A stretch of DNA of 63,919 bases, counting the filler, from Sluysia triapertura (Eukaryota): the NCBI GenBank assembly GCA_046118255.1. It is 5 parts of 5 records of this genome, joined end to end, with 100 filler letters (N's around TTAATTAATTAA, not from the genome) between each part and the next. Parts side by side here need not be neighbours in the genome. Positions count along the whole stretch, not along the records: positions 1 to 16,614 come from JBJNIA010199931.1; positions 16,715 to 27,708 come from JBJNIA010190430.1; 3 more parts are not named here. The stretch is one strand, 5' to 3'. Numbering within the stretch: position 1 is the stretch's first letter; every line of letters starts with the position of its first letter. The translations under genes were made by a program, and so were the position numbers. Shown here piece by piece: positions 13,400 through 25,340 of the stretch. Below the pieces are notes generated by a model. It was not told the DNA's origin. It worked only from the letters and a program-made list of their open reading frames with translations, and did no database searches.

Positions 13400-14575
13400 T
13401 GAAAATTAAACGAAGAAATTTAACTGCTAAAAGTACTGCCACCTCGACAGCAAAGTCATATGGTCAAAAAAGAACACAAGAAATTCAACAAATAAAACTA
13501 TTTCAAAAATGAACATATTGGAAATTATAAATCATTAACCTCGAAAATACCGAAATCAAAATCATCTGTAGTCACGGCTACAACTTCATCTTGATCTTCT
13601 AATAGTGTTACAAATTCCAATAATTCCAGTTTCAAAATGATTTCAGAACGAATAGATCCTTATTCTATTAGCAAGATGGATGAAGATGCTAAGATTCCAG
13701 CAAAATGTTTAAAATTGTGTAAAAGGCCAATCAAGTTAAAAATATAATGTCTACTCTTGAACTAAGTGATAGTAAGATTATCAGTTTTTGTCAATCTTTA
13801 AATACAAAATCTGTCAAAGAATTGGAGGCAGAGCAGTTCCAGGTAATATTGCAGATAAAGATCAAAGAAGTCAAGAAAGTTTAAAAGTGAAATTGCTATC
13901 ACATTCATGCCCTACGTCATTAATTAAATATGATTATGAATCGTTCAAGCACTTTCAAGATCACCTTCCTTACCTTATAATCACATCATTCAGTGGAAAT
14001 GATGCCATAGGCACAGACTCTAATTTCGTTGGCAATATAGATATTGATTATGATTCAACTATTGTTACTTATCGTTTTTATTTTTCTAAAGGCTTTAAGC
14101 ATCATCAAAATCGATTGTTCAGATGTTATTCAACCATTACAGCTGCTCTTACTGATAATGGAATTCACAAATGTTCCATTAATGACAACGTTTTATTTAT
14201 TGACGCCATCAATGATGACAATGATAATATTAAAGTGTACGATTTAAAATTATACATGAAAATTCATTTCATTAGTTATAATTATAATCGTTATATATCT
14301 AATCATATAATTAAAGGTCAATCTGACAATGCATTACCTATCTCAATGATAAATTTTTTGATGTCAAACAAAATGTTAAATGTGTAATCTTGGCAGTAAC
14401 TTATGAACAATTTAAAAATCATTATCCTTGTTCAACAACATTTCTAAACATAAACTACATAAACAAAATCTACTCTATTAATATCTCAGTTCAATTCAGT
14501 ACCTTGATTGATACAATAACATTTCATCAACTATTCTGTTATCCAACAAACATAAAAGTATTCTATTTATTATAA
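13400..14575 (+). pseudogene. Decayed intronless ORF of unknown family (longest open stretch 13788-14387, 199 aa)
   Basis: A 600-nt stop-free frame in very AT-rich DNA, flanked by broken coding-like sequence. No motif recognised. Confidence 0.4.
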
Positions 14576-14708
14576 AGAATTTTATATTCTAACTTAGATT
14601 ATTTTTCTTTTTTATAAGATTTTTATTCTGATTTAGATTTATTTAGTATTATACCCTCAACATGTTCAACGATGTTTCAACATTTATAATTTGATAATTT
14701 ATTTTTAA

Positions 14709-14840
14709 CCCTTTGAGTGCCAACAAGCGCGATCGCGCTCCTCGGTACCCGAAAAAAAATTATTTTTTTAATTTTCGTTTTTGTGTAGCATCCTGGCACT
14801 TTTAGATAAATCTCTAAAAATCATGTTGGCACTCAAAGGG
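14709..14840. mobile_element. piggyBac-type MITE (132 bp)
   Basis: Perfect 17-bp TIR CCCTTTGAGTGCCAACA/TGTTGGCACTCAAAGGG, TTAA on both flanks, and an internal palindrome AGCGCGATCGCGCT. Confidence 0.93.
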
Positions 14841-15404
14841 TTAATACAAAAATGATAAGCACATTATGCAAACAATTTATTGGATTCCAAAATAAAGTAT
14901 TACACCCAATTAAATTTAAAAATTCTAAGTATAAAAACCTCTCTAAAAGTATTTATAATAAATTCGAAATTTCTAACTATAAGATTGATCATTAATTCGA
15001 TACATATATCAGCATTCCTTTCTTCGAAAAATTATTGATTAATTTAATTAATCAATAAGGTTTGAGTTTTAAAATGTGCTACGAAATCGATGTAAAATAT
15101 TTTATGCATTCTTTGCAAAAACGCCATTTTAAAGTCATACTTTTATTATCCAAAAAACTTAAATGATGATTTAATTTTTGCAGAAGCGAAATTAGATTCG
15201 TTAAGCTCAATCTAACACCACAATAGTAACATTTTTTTAGAATTCAAGTATTATTTACTTTAGGTGTCTGAAATTTAGCTTGAAGCATAAACCGCACAAA
15301 ATTTGAATTAGAACAGAAAATGATTTAGTGTGTTTAAGCTATGAATTTATTTAGTCGAAAATTGATTTTATTTATGTAAAGTGTCTCTTTTTGCTTTTGT
15401 TTAA

Positions 15405-15820
15405 ATGCGTTTGCTCAAAAATCAAGCTAATAATAAAATATATATAACTGTGGCAAATACCAAAGTGAAAAATGATGTTCAACAATGTTTTGGGAAAATG
15501 TACAATCGATTATGTTATAATGCTTATAGGTTCAATAATGAAATTAAATTTGTGATTGACGAATTTGAAAGTAACTATGAAAGAAGCATTATTAATCGTA
15601 CAAATGATATTGAAGTTTTAAATGAATTTAAGGTGTGAAATTGTTCTAACTTCGCTGCAAATCGTGAAAATGTTACAAGACTTGCAAATCTTTGTTCAGC
15701 AATATTGTCAGATTTATTAAATGATATACAACATGTGGATTTATTCAGAAATAACGAAACTAACAGCAGTACAACCACCAACGAAAATAATATATTTTAT
15801 AGTAATGCTAATACAAACTG
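15405..15820 (+). pseudogene. Possible BLOC-1 subunit 5 (Muted)-like retrocopy with an in-frame TGA at 15636-15638
   Basis: FGKMYNRLCYNAYRFNNEIKFVIDEFE resembles the Muted pattern LGEIHSRLLDHRPVIQGETRYFVKEFE. The frame continues as helical sequence after the stop. No introns. Confidence 0.4.
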
Positions 15821-15851
15821 AAAATTTAATGTATTCTAAGGCTTCATAAAA

Positions 15852-15876
15852 TGGACTGACCGGGGATCGAACCCGG
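15852..15876 (-). pseudogene. 3' third of a tRNA gene (T arm plus acceptor strand), tRNA-Ala-like
   Basis: The minus strand reads CCGGG-TTCGATC-CCCGG-TCAGTCC-A followed by TTTT, giving a perfect T arm and a Pol III-type terminator. The 5' part is absent. Confidence 0.7.
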
Positions 15877-16540
15877 TGTGGTGGCCAACCTTTTCATTCA
15901 AAATTTAAATCATTATCACACATACTTAATATCAATTCTCTTAACATTTCATTGTTACTTTTTCAGATTCATTAAAATTCTTTTACATTTTAAAACATTT
16001 TTGATTCAAAATTTCATAACATTAAAATTTATACTTACATCTAAAACCATTAAACCTACATTTCAAATTTAATTGAAAACATTATTCAGCATTCAATCAT
16101 TAACATCATTGAAAACATTAAATTCAGATTTCAAAATCATTTTTAAACGTTACAATCAAAATGGAATTTCTTTAACATCTTCCTTTTATTAACTTCTTTA
16201 ACATCTTCAACTACGTTGTCACTTTTTTAGTTTAGATTACAGAAATTCTTTTAAAAAATTCAATAATAATTAGCAGAAATATTTTAAAAAGAAAAAGAAA
16301 GCTATTAAAGAAAGAAAATAATTTAAATAACTTTAATAGAAAAAGAATTATTTTCATAAAGAAATTTATGTTTTCATTATTTTATTCTGTTTTATATGTT
16401 TCAAGAAAAGAAAATAAAGATAATAAGAAATTATGAATTTTATTTATGTATTTATGCATTTTTCTTCATTTTTTATTTTATTTTATATTATTATTATTAA
16501 TTTCATTTTATTATTATTAAATTTATTATTGTTACAGACA

Positions 16541-16559
16541 TTATTATTATTATTATTAC

Positions 16560-16614
<55 letters not shown>
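16541..16614. repeat. (ATT)n microsatellite at a contig end
   Basis: Directly visible; it creates the spurious poly-Leu ORF. Confidence 0.97.
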
Positions 16615-16714
16615 NNNNNNNNNNNNNNNNNNNNNNNNNNNNNNNNNNNNNNNNNNNNTTAATTAATTAANNNNNNNNNNNNNNNNNNNNNNNNNNNNNN
16701 NNNNNNNNNNNNNN
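16615..16714. other. Artificial contig spacer N44-TTAATTAATTAA-N44
   Basis: Exactly 100 bp, places stops in all six frames, and is identical at four positions. Confidence 0.97.
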
Positions 16715-18271
16715 TAAAATTTTCATATTTAGAATGATGAAGAGATGATGAGTTGGGTATGGATTGATTGCTATGAAATAGGATAATCCAAAAATGAGGT
16801 TGAAATGTTTGTGAAATGGTTCGTTTGGGAATGAGAACCTAAACATTTTCCATTACAAAATTGAGTGTAAGGAATTAAAAATTAATTAAAATGTAAAAAC
16901 TAAAGTTAAATTCATTATTTGTAAATATGTTAATAATACTAATGATTGTTATTTTAATGTAAGAAGTGATTCATGAAAACGTAGATCGAGTAGAGTAGAA
17001 AAAAAATGAGAGTTGATTGTTAATCGAATTGTTTTGTTTTTCTTGACAGGTCGTACCATGTAAGTTTCAAAGTCATTTTACTCGGTTTAATCTTTAAAAG
17101 AGGTTTTGATGATTTGTGTAAGAGTAATTCCTGATTGCGAATGTCGAAATGATTGGATGACAAAAAGGTATAAATTTGAACACTTAGGCATTTTTATTCA
17201 TATGTAAAAATGTAACTAACACGAAGATCCATGCTTTGGTAACATTTTACTTTAATTTTTCTTTAAATAAATAAATATTGATTTCAATTAGAATATTTTA
17301 TTGATCTATTTAAAATAAATTTTTAAATATTGAATAGTTTGCTATGATAGTTAAATTTTGTAGATACTGGAATATTTTATCATAGAGACTTAAGGTTTAT
17401 TATTGATCTACTCAATATAAAATTTTATTTTAAATAAATATTAAGGTATATTTTGTCCCAACATTTTCTAATTTTTGGTAAAACTAAAGTATATTTTTGG
17501 GGATTCACTATCTCATATTTCGTAGTCAATTTTGCTATTTTAGGGTGATCTCCTGTTGATTTTAATTTAAATGAGTGATACCTTTTTTTAAAGTGAGTTT
17601 ATATTATGTTAAATTGATATTTTTAGAGTTTATTCCTGTAATATAATTAGACTAAAATTGATATTTATTATTGTGATAGATTTTCATTTGTTTTAGCAGT
17701 CGTTAACAATTTCGTTATTCAGACAATTGTTATTTGTAGATTACTTAAAATATATTAAAGTGTTTTTGTTTTTTGACTTTATTATCGACCTAATAAGAAT
17801 AATATTATTGATTATCGACTTTATTGGACCATTAGAAAAGATTTATCGTTGTAATAAAATATTGTTGAAAATTTATATTATTAATTTTATACTTGCTAAT
17901 AATAATTCTTTCAGTATTTTTAATATAATATCCCAACAAATATTAATAATATAATTAAATTAAAATTGCATAAACTTTATAATCTTTCTCTGTACCTTTC
18001 TCTAAAAGTACATAAGTTAACAATTATTTTAAGTTAACAATAAATAAGTAGTGTTCGGTTGTAATTTATTAGTAACAACTAAAAAATAATTTAAAAAAAT
18101 TTCGTTTTAATAATTGTTATTATGACTACACCTTAAACAAAAAAAACTAATATATTTAAAAAATTATGCTTGTTATTTTAGATACAGGTTAATAATATAA
18201 GCTATGATTATTTGTAATATATTTTCAGTTTTTAATTTTTTTGAAAATTAAATTTAATACTTTTTGTGAAA

Positions 18272-18841
18272 ATGTCTATTGAAAAACAAAAAAATGAATT
18301 AAACAAAAAGTATATTGAAGCATTCAAAATTGATGATATAATACAAGTTAGGAACTTTTCATTATGTGATTATTTTTAGGACATGATGACAAATTTATTA
18401 CGAGATAAACCTGAAAAGCCACTTCTTTATATACACAAATTAATACAAAATCGAATTTCGAAATCTGGTTCCAATATTCCTCAAAATGTAAACATACAGG
18501 TTATCAACAATAATAATGTATTGATCCTTGTAGGAAATTTCTAACAAAAACTTTGGAAATCAAACTAATGAGGTGAATAAAGTAATAATATACGAATAAA
18601 TGCTTTTAGATTGCTAATGAATTAATTTCACTAAATGATATTAGTCAAGAATTTCAATTGGTAAGTGAACCAGAGCCCGATGAAATTGAAATACTACCGG
18701 AAAAATCTGGAAAGGACGAACTTTTGATGTTGCTTCAAAATCAAAAAACAAGCAAAGAAAATAATTTGAAATATTTAAACGAAATTGTGAATAATAAAGA
18801 AAATATTGGCGTAATTGAAGATCAAGCATTAATTATGGAAG
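18272..18841 (+). CDS. RIIa/Dpy-30-like dimerisation/docking-domain protein, C8orf34-like, 3'-partial; exons 18272-18346, 18380-18487 (or -18499), 18534-18572, 18610-18841
   Basis: GT-AG introns of 33, 46 (or 34) and 37 nt give a continuous frame. The N-terminus KYIEAFKIDDIIQDMMTNLLRDKPEKPLLYI fits the D/D consensus YLxxxxIxxLxxxLxxxLLxxxPxxPxxFL. VIEDQALIMEG resembles LLEDLNDLRMEG of C8orf34. Confidence 0.72.
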
Positions 18842-20676
18842 GTAAATGACAAATTATATTTTTTTATAACTAATATGTATTACAATTTGTTTTGACATAC
18901 ACATGTAAGCAAGCTGTAATAAATTTAACAACTATCTATTACTAAAAATTTAGTTTCATGAAAATTCTACGAACAATCCATTTATATCTTTTGTTAAATT
19001 TTGAACAGTGTATTGTTGAGTTAACTAAAATGATATTCATTACTAATATTGCGGAGTAAGGGAACTTATCCATAGTTTTAGATGTTACTTGTTTGCAGTT
19101 GGGAAGCATTTTTCTTTTCACTTACATAAAACTAATAAAGGGGAAAAATGCTTTTCTAACCTTTTTTCGCTGATTTTTGAAACTCCATTCTATCTCTTAA
19201 ACTGTTAAAATAGACTGGTAATTTTTGATACTAGTCTGCATATTATTAATAAAATTTTCACATTTTACGAGAGATGTTGGAAATTCTTTTATTTAAACGC
19301 GGTGAACATTTTTATGTATATCTCAAAGTATATATTTAATGTGATTATAGGGAACCACATATTTTCACGTCAAAATTGCACACTTCATCATATATGAACA
19401 TTTCTTACATAAACAACACTAAATAAACTAATTGACTCATTCAAAAAACAAGCCTAGTCATTGTACATAATTAACATTAGTTGTATTTATTGTTATCATA
19501 ACATCTATCATAATTGTAATATATGATTATTTATTTAGATTTTAACCTGCGTGAATTCCTTACGATATTAGACGTACTCACTTAAGGGCTAATACGTAAA
19601 TGACATTAAATAATTATTTGGAGGTTTTTTATATTTTAAAGTGTCAACAGACTAGTTTCTGTCATATTGCAATGACAGGTTAGAATTATGTATTTTACGT
19701 CGGATCCCAATTAAAAAGGATCTTCGAAAATGAAATTTAATATTAAACTATCAAAGGATTTTTGGGACAGTTTATAACTATGTAAGTTTAATGCTACGAA
19801 AATAATTTAATTATGAAAACGCAATATGAATAATTTATATTAGGATAAAAATTATAGCAAGTTTACAAATCTTTGTTGTATATTAAATATATAAAGATTA
19901 CAAAAAGTTAAATACCAGTGGTAATTAATTTTTCTTATAAATGTTTTGAAATTAACTTTGTTTCAACAAATTAACTAAAAAGATTTTGATAAAATTCAAC
20001 ATTTTTTAAAGTTACTATGAACTATTAATCAGGAGTATGATTAAAAAGTATGACTAAAATTTAACATTTTTCAAAGTTATTATGGAACTATTAATCAAAA
20101 GTGTATAAATACAAACACACAAAAAATTGTTGTAAAATGTTGGAAAATAACTACTTTCTCAAAAAATTCTGGTGAAAGTAAAATAATAGATGAAAGTACT
20201 GAAATCCAAAACATTTCATTCATGTAGAATGACAACACAATTTACTATTACTATTATAACAATTAATATTACTAATATTGCAATTAGTGCTACCGCTGAA
20301 ACTCGTTTATGGTTTGTTTTATTATCTGACATGTACTAATTGGTGGTTGGTTTAATAGTACTGTATGTTCCAAAGATATACATAATGTTTCCTAATACTT
20401 CTCAGAGACAGTTGGGTTTTCGAAATTATAACATTCAATTGATACTTCATAAATGGCATGATTTATTTTGGAATGTTAACTTCGACTTGGATTCAAGTTC
20501 GAATTTCCGTATTAAGAGTCATTTCTATCAAATCTAAACAACCATTACATAAAACTAAAACGTAATATTATTTCATTCCATTGATTAAATAATATAAGTC
20601 ATACAATACAATTCAATTTTATTTCTCTGAAGTGCAAATAAAATCGCTATGGATTATTTGACTACACCAAATTACA

Positions 20677-20901
20677 ATGAAACATTACCAAAGAATTTTA
20701 TCGGGTTTTTGTAATTCTACAATTATGTCTTCAGATACGTGGGAAACCATAAAATTATTGAATCGTTTTTGGCGTTATTTTGCATCCTGGTTTATACCTT
20801 TATTGTTAATATTTGGTGAAATTGGTACATTATTATGTTTAATTGTATTACTTCGTCGAAGAACCACTATCACCGATACTGTCATTGTTTCTAGCATCTG
20901 A
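20677..20901 (+). pseudogene. Rhodopsin-class GPCR N-terminus and TM1 fragment
   Basis: FWRYFASWFIPLLLIFGEIGTLLCLIVLLRRR matches the TM1 pattern PxxxxxGxxGNxLxxxVLxR of invertebrate peptide receptors, with N replaced by T. It stops before TM2. Confidence 0.5.
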
Positions 20902-23409
20902 AAATATTTATTGTCAGCCAAAAGTTTTAAAAACATCGACACTTCTGTAACAAGTATCATAATGTTTATGAAAAAAGTTTTGGATAAAATTATCTTTCAT
21001 CAACCACGATCATCAATTGAACAATCTCGTTCTGATTATGCTAAAGGTAATTATGAGCTTTATGACAAAACGTCTCTTTCTGATGATGCTAGAGCTGAAC
21101 ACGAAGGCAAATCTAAGAAGTCAAGTTATGATGTTACTGAAATTTTCACTTGTGAAAAAAAACGATTTAGAAAATAAACCATAACCAAATCATGAAAGTA
21201 ACTTTACAAGTATGAACATAATTGTATATATTTTAAATTCTATTTTTCTTTTGGTTTTATTGTTTATCATTTAAATAAAAGAACCATTTACTATTTTATT
21301 AGTTATTTGTTTAATTTGTTTGAACGATTTTTTTTATGTATTATAAAATTAAATTGCTGTTTAAATTAAAAATTTTAAAATCTTTAATAAATTTAGAAAA
21401 TAAAATTTTATTAATGATTAAGCACAAATTTTCAGCTAAGTTGAAAACACAATTAATGACCTCACTAAAATTGCTAAAGTGATAAAGCATACTAACAATC
21501 ACAAGACAAAAGTAAGATTGTTTCATTTTTAGAAAAATCAATATTTTGAGTAATTGTATAAATTATTTATTTTATATAAACTGAGTCATAAAAGTTCGGT
21601 CAAAATTAAAGATATTTGGCATTTTAAGTATTTTTCATTTTATTTGTATCTATTATGTTAAATATTTTAATTTCAATGCAATATTGTTAAAATTTTATAT
21701 TAATTTTTAATTAGACAAAAAATTTAAAATAAAATAATTAATAAAAATGTATAAATTTATTTACCATTAGTAAAGTTATTATAATTACTATTATGATTAT
21801 TATTTATTATTATTATTATTTTGTTGATGTTTGTTTGTTTGAAAAGTAGTTTGTTTTATTTGGAAAGAATATTGACTTATTAAGTAATGACATTAATTTG
21901 GTTATTAGATTATTATTTGAAATTGATTTATTAATTAAGTTTATCAAACGATATTTAAGTTCTAATTCTATTATCAGTATTAATTTCAAATTTATATCTT
22001 TACTTTTAATATTAATATTGATAGATGATAAACGTTGGATGACAAAAAGGAAAGATAAAATAAAAGGTTAGAAGGGAATGGTAGTGTTCTAGAAATTTTA
22101 TTATTATAAAATTTTATTTATAAAATACAATTTTTTAAAGTTTATTTTGTGTTATGTTGATTGTTAAATATGTTTGGTAATATTGACAAATGTTTTAAAT
22201 AGAAGTAAGATGGTTTATTGGCTTATTTAACTTTGTTTATATTTTTAATGAAATTTGTTTAGTTATGTTTACTTCATTTGTGAACAAGATTCCAAGTCGG
22301 TATATTAAACTTCACGATTATAGTTAGGAATTATTGTGAATTCTTTTGACTCATCTCTCGCTTTGTCCAGAGATAGAATTGCTATATTTCTAGTATGGGT
22401 AAAAATCCTTTATTTCTTTATTACAAATATAATAAACTCTAAATTATATTATTCAAATAAAGAGTAGAAGAATGTTAAATGTATAACAGAGAATAAATGT
22501 CACATGTAAAAACTGTTGCATTATTTTAACTATTTTAATTAAAATTTTAGTATTATATAATGTATTTACCTGTGATCACAGGAGAATCCACACAAATAAA
22601 AGTATTATCAACAAGAATTGTCTTTCAAATAATCAATCAATTTCCTTGGTAATTAAATCAATGTATTATCAACCGAATTTCCATTTCAGTAAATCAATCA
22701 ATGTGTTCAAAAATTTTGTTATTGTGGTCTAAATCATTACATCTGATTTTATTACGAAATCAGTACATAATAAACGCGGAACTCATAACATAATTAACAA
22801 AATTCTCAGTTTAAATAACAATCTTTAAATATTTCAAGGCTTTTTTTAATTTATTTATCTCACAACCTTTACAATCAAGAAATCAACAATGTTATTGAAT
22901 AAAAGATTTTAAGTTTTAAATCATTTAACAATAACATTACACTAGACAAACTCACTCTCCAAAACATCCATAAACTCAAACAATATTAAAGTAATATTAC
23001 AACGTAAATCATAAATTCATTTCAGGTCCACACGTTTCTAGAACACCGAACAACATTTCACAGAAGGAAATTTATACTTTACATTACCCAATTAATTCAA
23101 CATATTAAACTTCTTGATCACATTCAACTCAAACAATTCATATCCCATATGCAAAAAACCAAATAATAAGTTAAATTCTGCAGAAGATTGTTTAATAAGA
23201 ATCAAAGAATAGATACAAAAAGCATACTTAAATTTCCAATGTAATACAAAAGATTCAATAAAATTATAAACAATCTTAATTCATAAAACACTTAGCAAAA
23301 TAAATTTCTTCATAGTTTCCGACGAGCACGACTTACCAAATCCATAACACTACATGAACTTCTGTCTAATTCCTGTAATATTTATGTAATGTCTTGTGGT
23401 TTAAACACA

Positions 23410-23752
23410 AATAACATAAAAAGCTAATGACGATCGAATGGTTTTAGTATATAATGTAAAAGGTCGAGTTGCGATATCAGTTGATGATATTATTGATACT
23501 TGTGGAACCATTTCTATGACAGCAAACAAACTAATTGAAGCTGATTCAAAAGAAGTGTTTGCTATTTTGAACGCATGGTATATTTTTAGGACCTGCAATA
23601 AACAGAGTAGAATCATCAAAGTTTAAAGCAGTAATTGTAACAAATACAATTGACCAAGATCAGAATATGTTCAATGTATTTATGTGAGTATGGTTTTCGA
23701 TGGATACATAATGGAGAATATGTTTCGTATTTATTTGCAAATCTTACTCTTA
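23410..23752 (+). pseudogene. PRPS1: Ribose-phosphate pyrophosphokinase 3'-end processed pseudogene
   Basis: [27 protein letters not shown], then a frameshift to [27 protein letters not shown], then RWIHNGEYVSYLF. This is collinear with the PRPS C-terminus ([24 protein letters not shown]...THGIFSGPAI...HNGESVSYLF). No introns; several indels. Confidence 0.9.
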
Positions 23753-24319
23753 AAATAGAATTCACAAGTATCGTACTATCAGTTTCATGTTTAATATAAG
23801 ATCATTTTTATTCTAAGGAAAAAACGTTTAGTGTGATTACGTTTCATGCAATATACTTTACAAATTGTTTAATTATAAAATTATAAAAATATTTTATCTT
23901 ACGAAAATATTTAATAATTTGAAATTTTATACAATAAACTCGGCTATTTTTATCAGTAATAGATTTGATGTAATCCATATATATATTAACAATATATATT
24001 TATGTAAGATATTTAGGATGATATTGCAATAATTAGTAATAGAAATAATAGTAATATATTATTCAGATGATCCAGATCTTTACTCAAATGAACTTAATGT
24101 AAGTAACAATCCCATTCAAAGTTTTAATTCGAATCCAACTGTGATTATTAAAACAAATCGAGATGTTGATAAAAATATGACTTTTAATATTTGTTTAAAC
24201 TGTTCAAAGTAATTTTATTTGTTTTTAACTAAAGGTATTTATAAATTATTAAATAAACAGTAAATTATTATTTAGTAAACAAAATGAATTTACGCCAAAT
24301 GACTTAAAATTTTTTGTAT

Positions 24320-25016
24320 CGAAAATGGAAAATATACGAAATAGCATTAATAGATCAAATATTAAATTAAAAATGCAAAAGAACAAACGAATTTGTATTA
24401 AAGAAAATTAATGAGAATGATTTAATGCACATTATGTCGGAAATGTCAAAAACAAGTTCTATTAACCCAATAGCAACCAAACTTATCAAAAATAATTCAA
24501 TTTGGATTAAATTTATTCCGATTTTATTGAAAATTATTAATAATTCATTATATAGTCTAAAATTTCCTTCAAGTGAAAAAGTATCCGTTATAGAACCTTA
24601 TATGAAACAAAGTGATCCATTGCTTTTAAATAATTATTATATACCCGTATCAAATATAACACTCTTATCAAAGTTGATAGAAAAAGTAGTTTTACAACAA
24701 TTATCAAAGTTCTTAGGCGAAAATCAACTTCTTACAATGTATCAATCAGCCTACATGTCTGGTGCTTTTGATACAGTTGATCATGAAATATTACTTTGTG
24801 ATCTCCAAAAAATGTCTCATATGAATCATATTTAAATGAAAGAAGGCAATATGTTTTATTAAATAATGTGAAGTCAAATGAGGTATATGTAAAGCATGGA
24901 GTTCCTCAGGAATCAATACTTGGTACGTTATTGTTTATATTATATATCAATGATGTTTCAAGTGTAATCGAATCATACGGTTTTATATATGATGACATGC
25001 AAATATATTGTGAATA
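24320..25016 (+). mobile_element. Non-LTR retrotransposon (L2/CR1-type) reverse transcriptase relic
   Basis: PVSNITLLSKLIEKVV, YQSAY, AFDTVDHEILL, RRQYV, HGVPQESILGTLLFILYIND and YDDMQIY occur in RT order with deletions and frameshifts. Confidence 0.92.
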
Positions 25017-25340
25017 ATGTGTGTATAAATAATGTTTCAAAATTATTTGTGTATAAATAATAATGTATGTATCAAAAATTATTTATAACTGATTTATAAA
25101 CTTATAATGTTTGTATCAAAATTATATATAACTGTTATTGATTTATAAACTTTTTATGAATAATTATTACTGATTTTTTAATACTTGATATTTATTTGAA
25201 ATTTATTTTGGATATTTTAATTGAATTTTTTAATATTGGAACGTAAGTAATTATAAATTTTTAAAAGTTAATTTTAGTATATTAAGTTAATTTTTGAAAA
25301 TAAAAGTTAATTTTAATTGTTTTAATATATTAAGTTAAAA

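Noticed and set aside
15852-15876. LTR primer-binding site
   Set aside because: Its TGG corresponds to acceptor-stem C71-C72-A73, not a CCA tail. It has a Pol III terminator and precedes a TG start instead of following an LTR end.
16433-16666. Poly-Leu ORF, and similarly the poly-Asn ORF at 27753-27944
   Set aside because: These are translations of (ATT)n microsatellites running into N spacers.
16659-16670. TTAATTAATTAA as a biological repeat or piggyBac site
   Set aside because: It is always centred in exactly 44+44 Ns, so it is an assembly linker.
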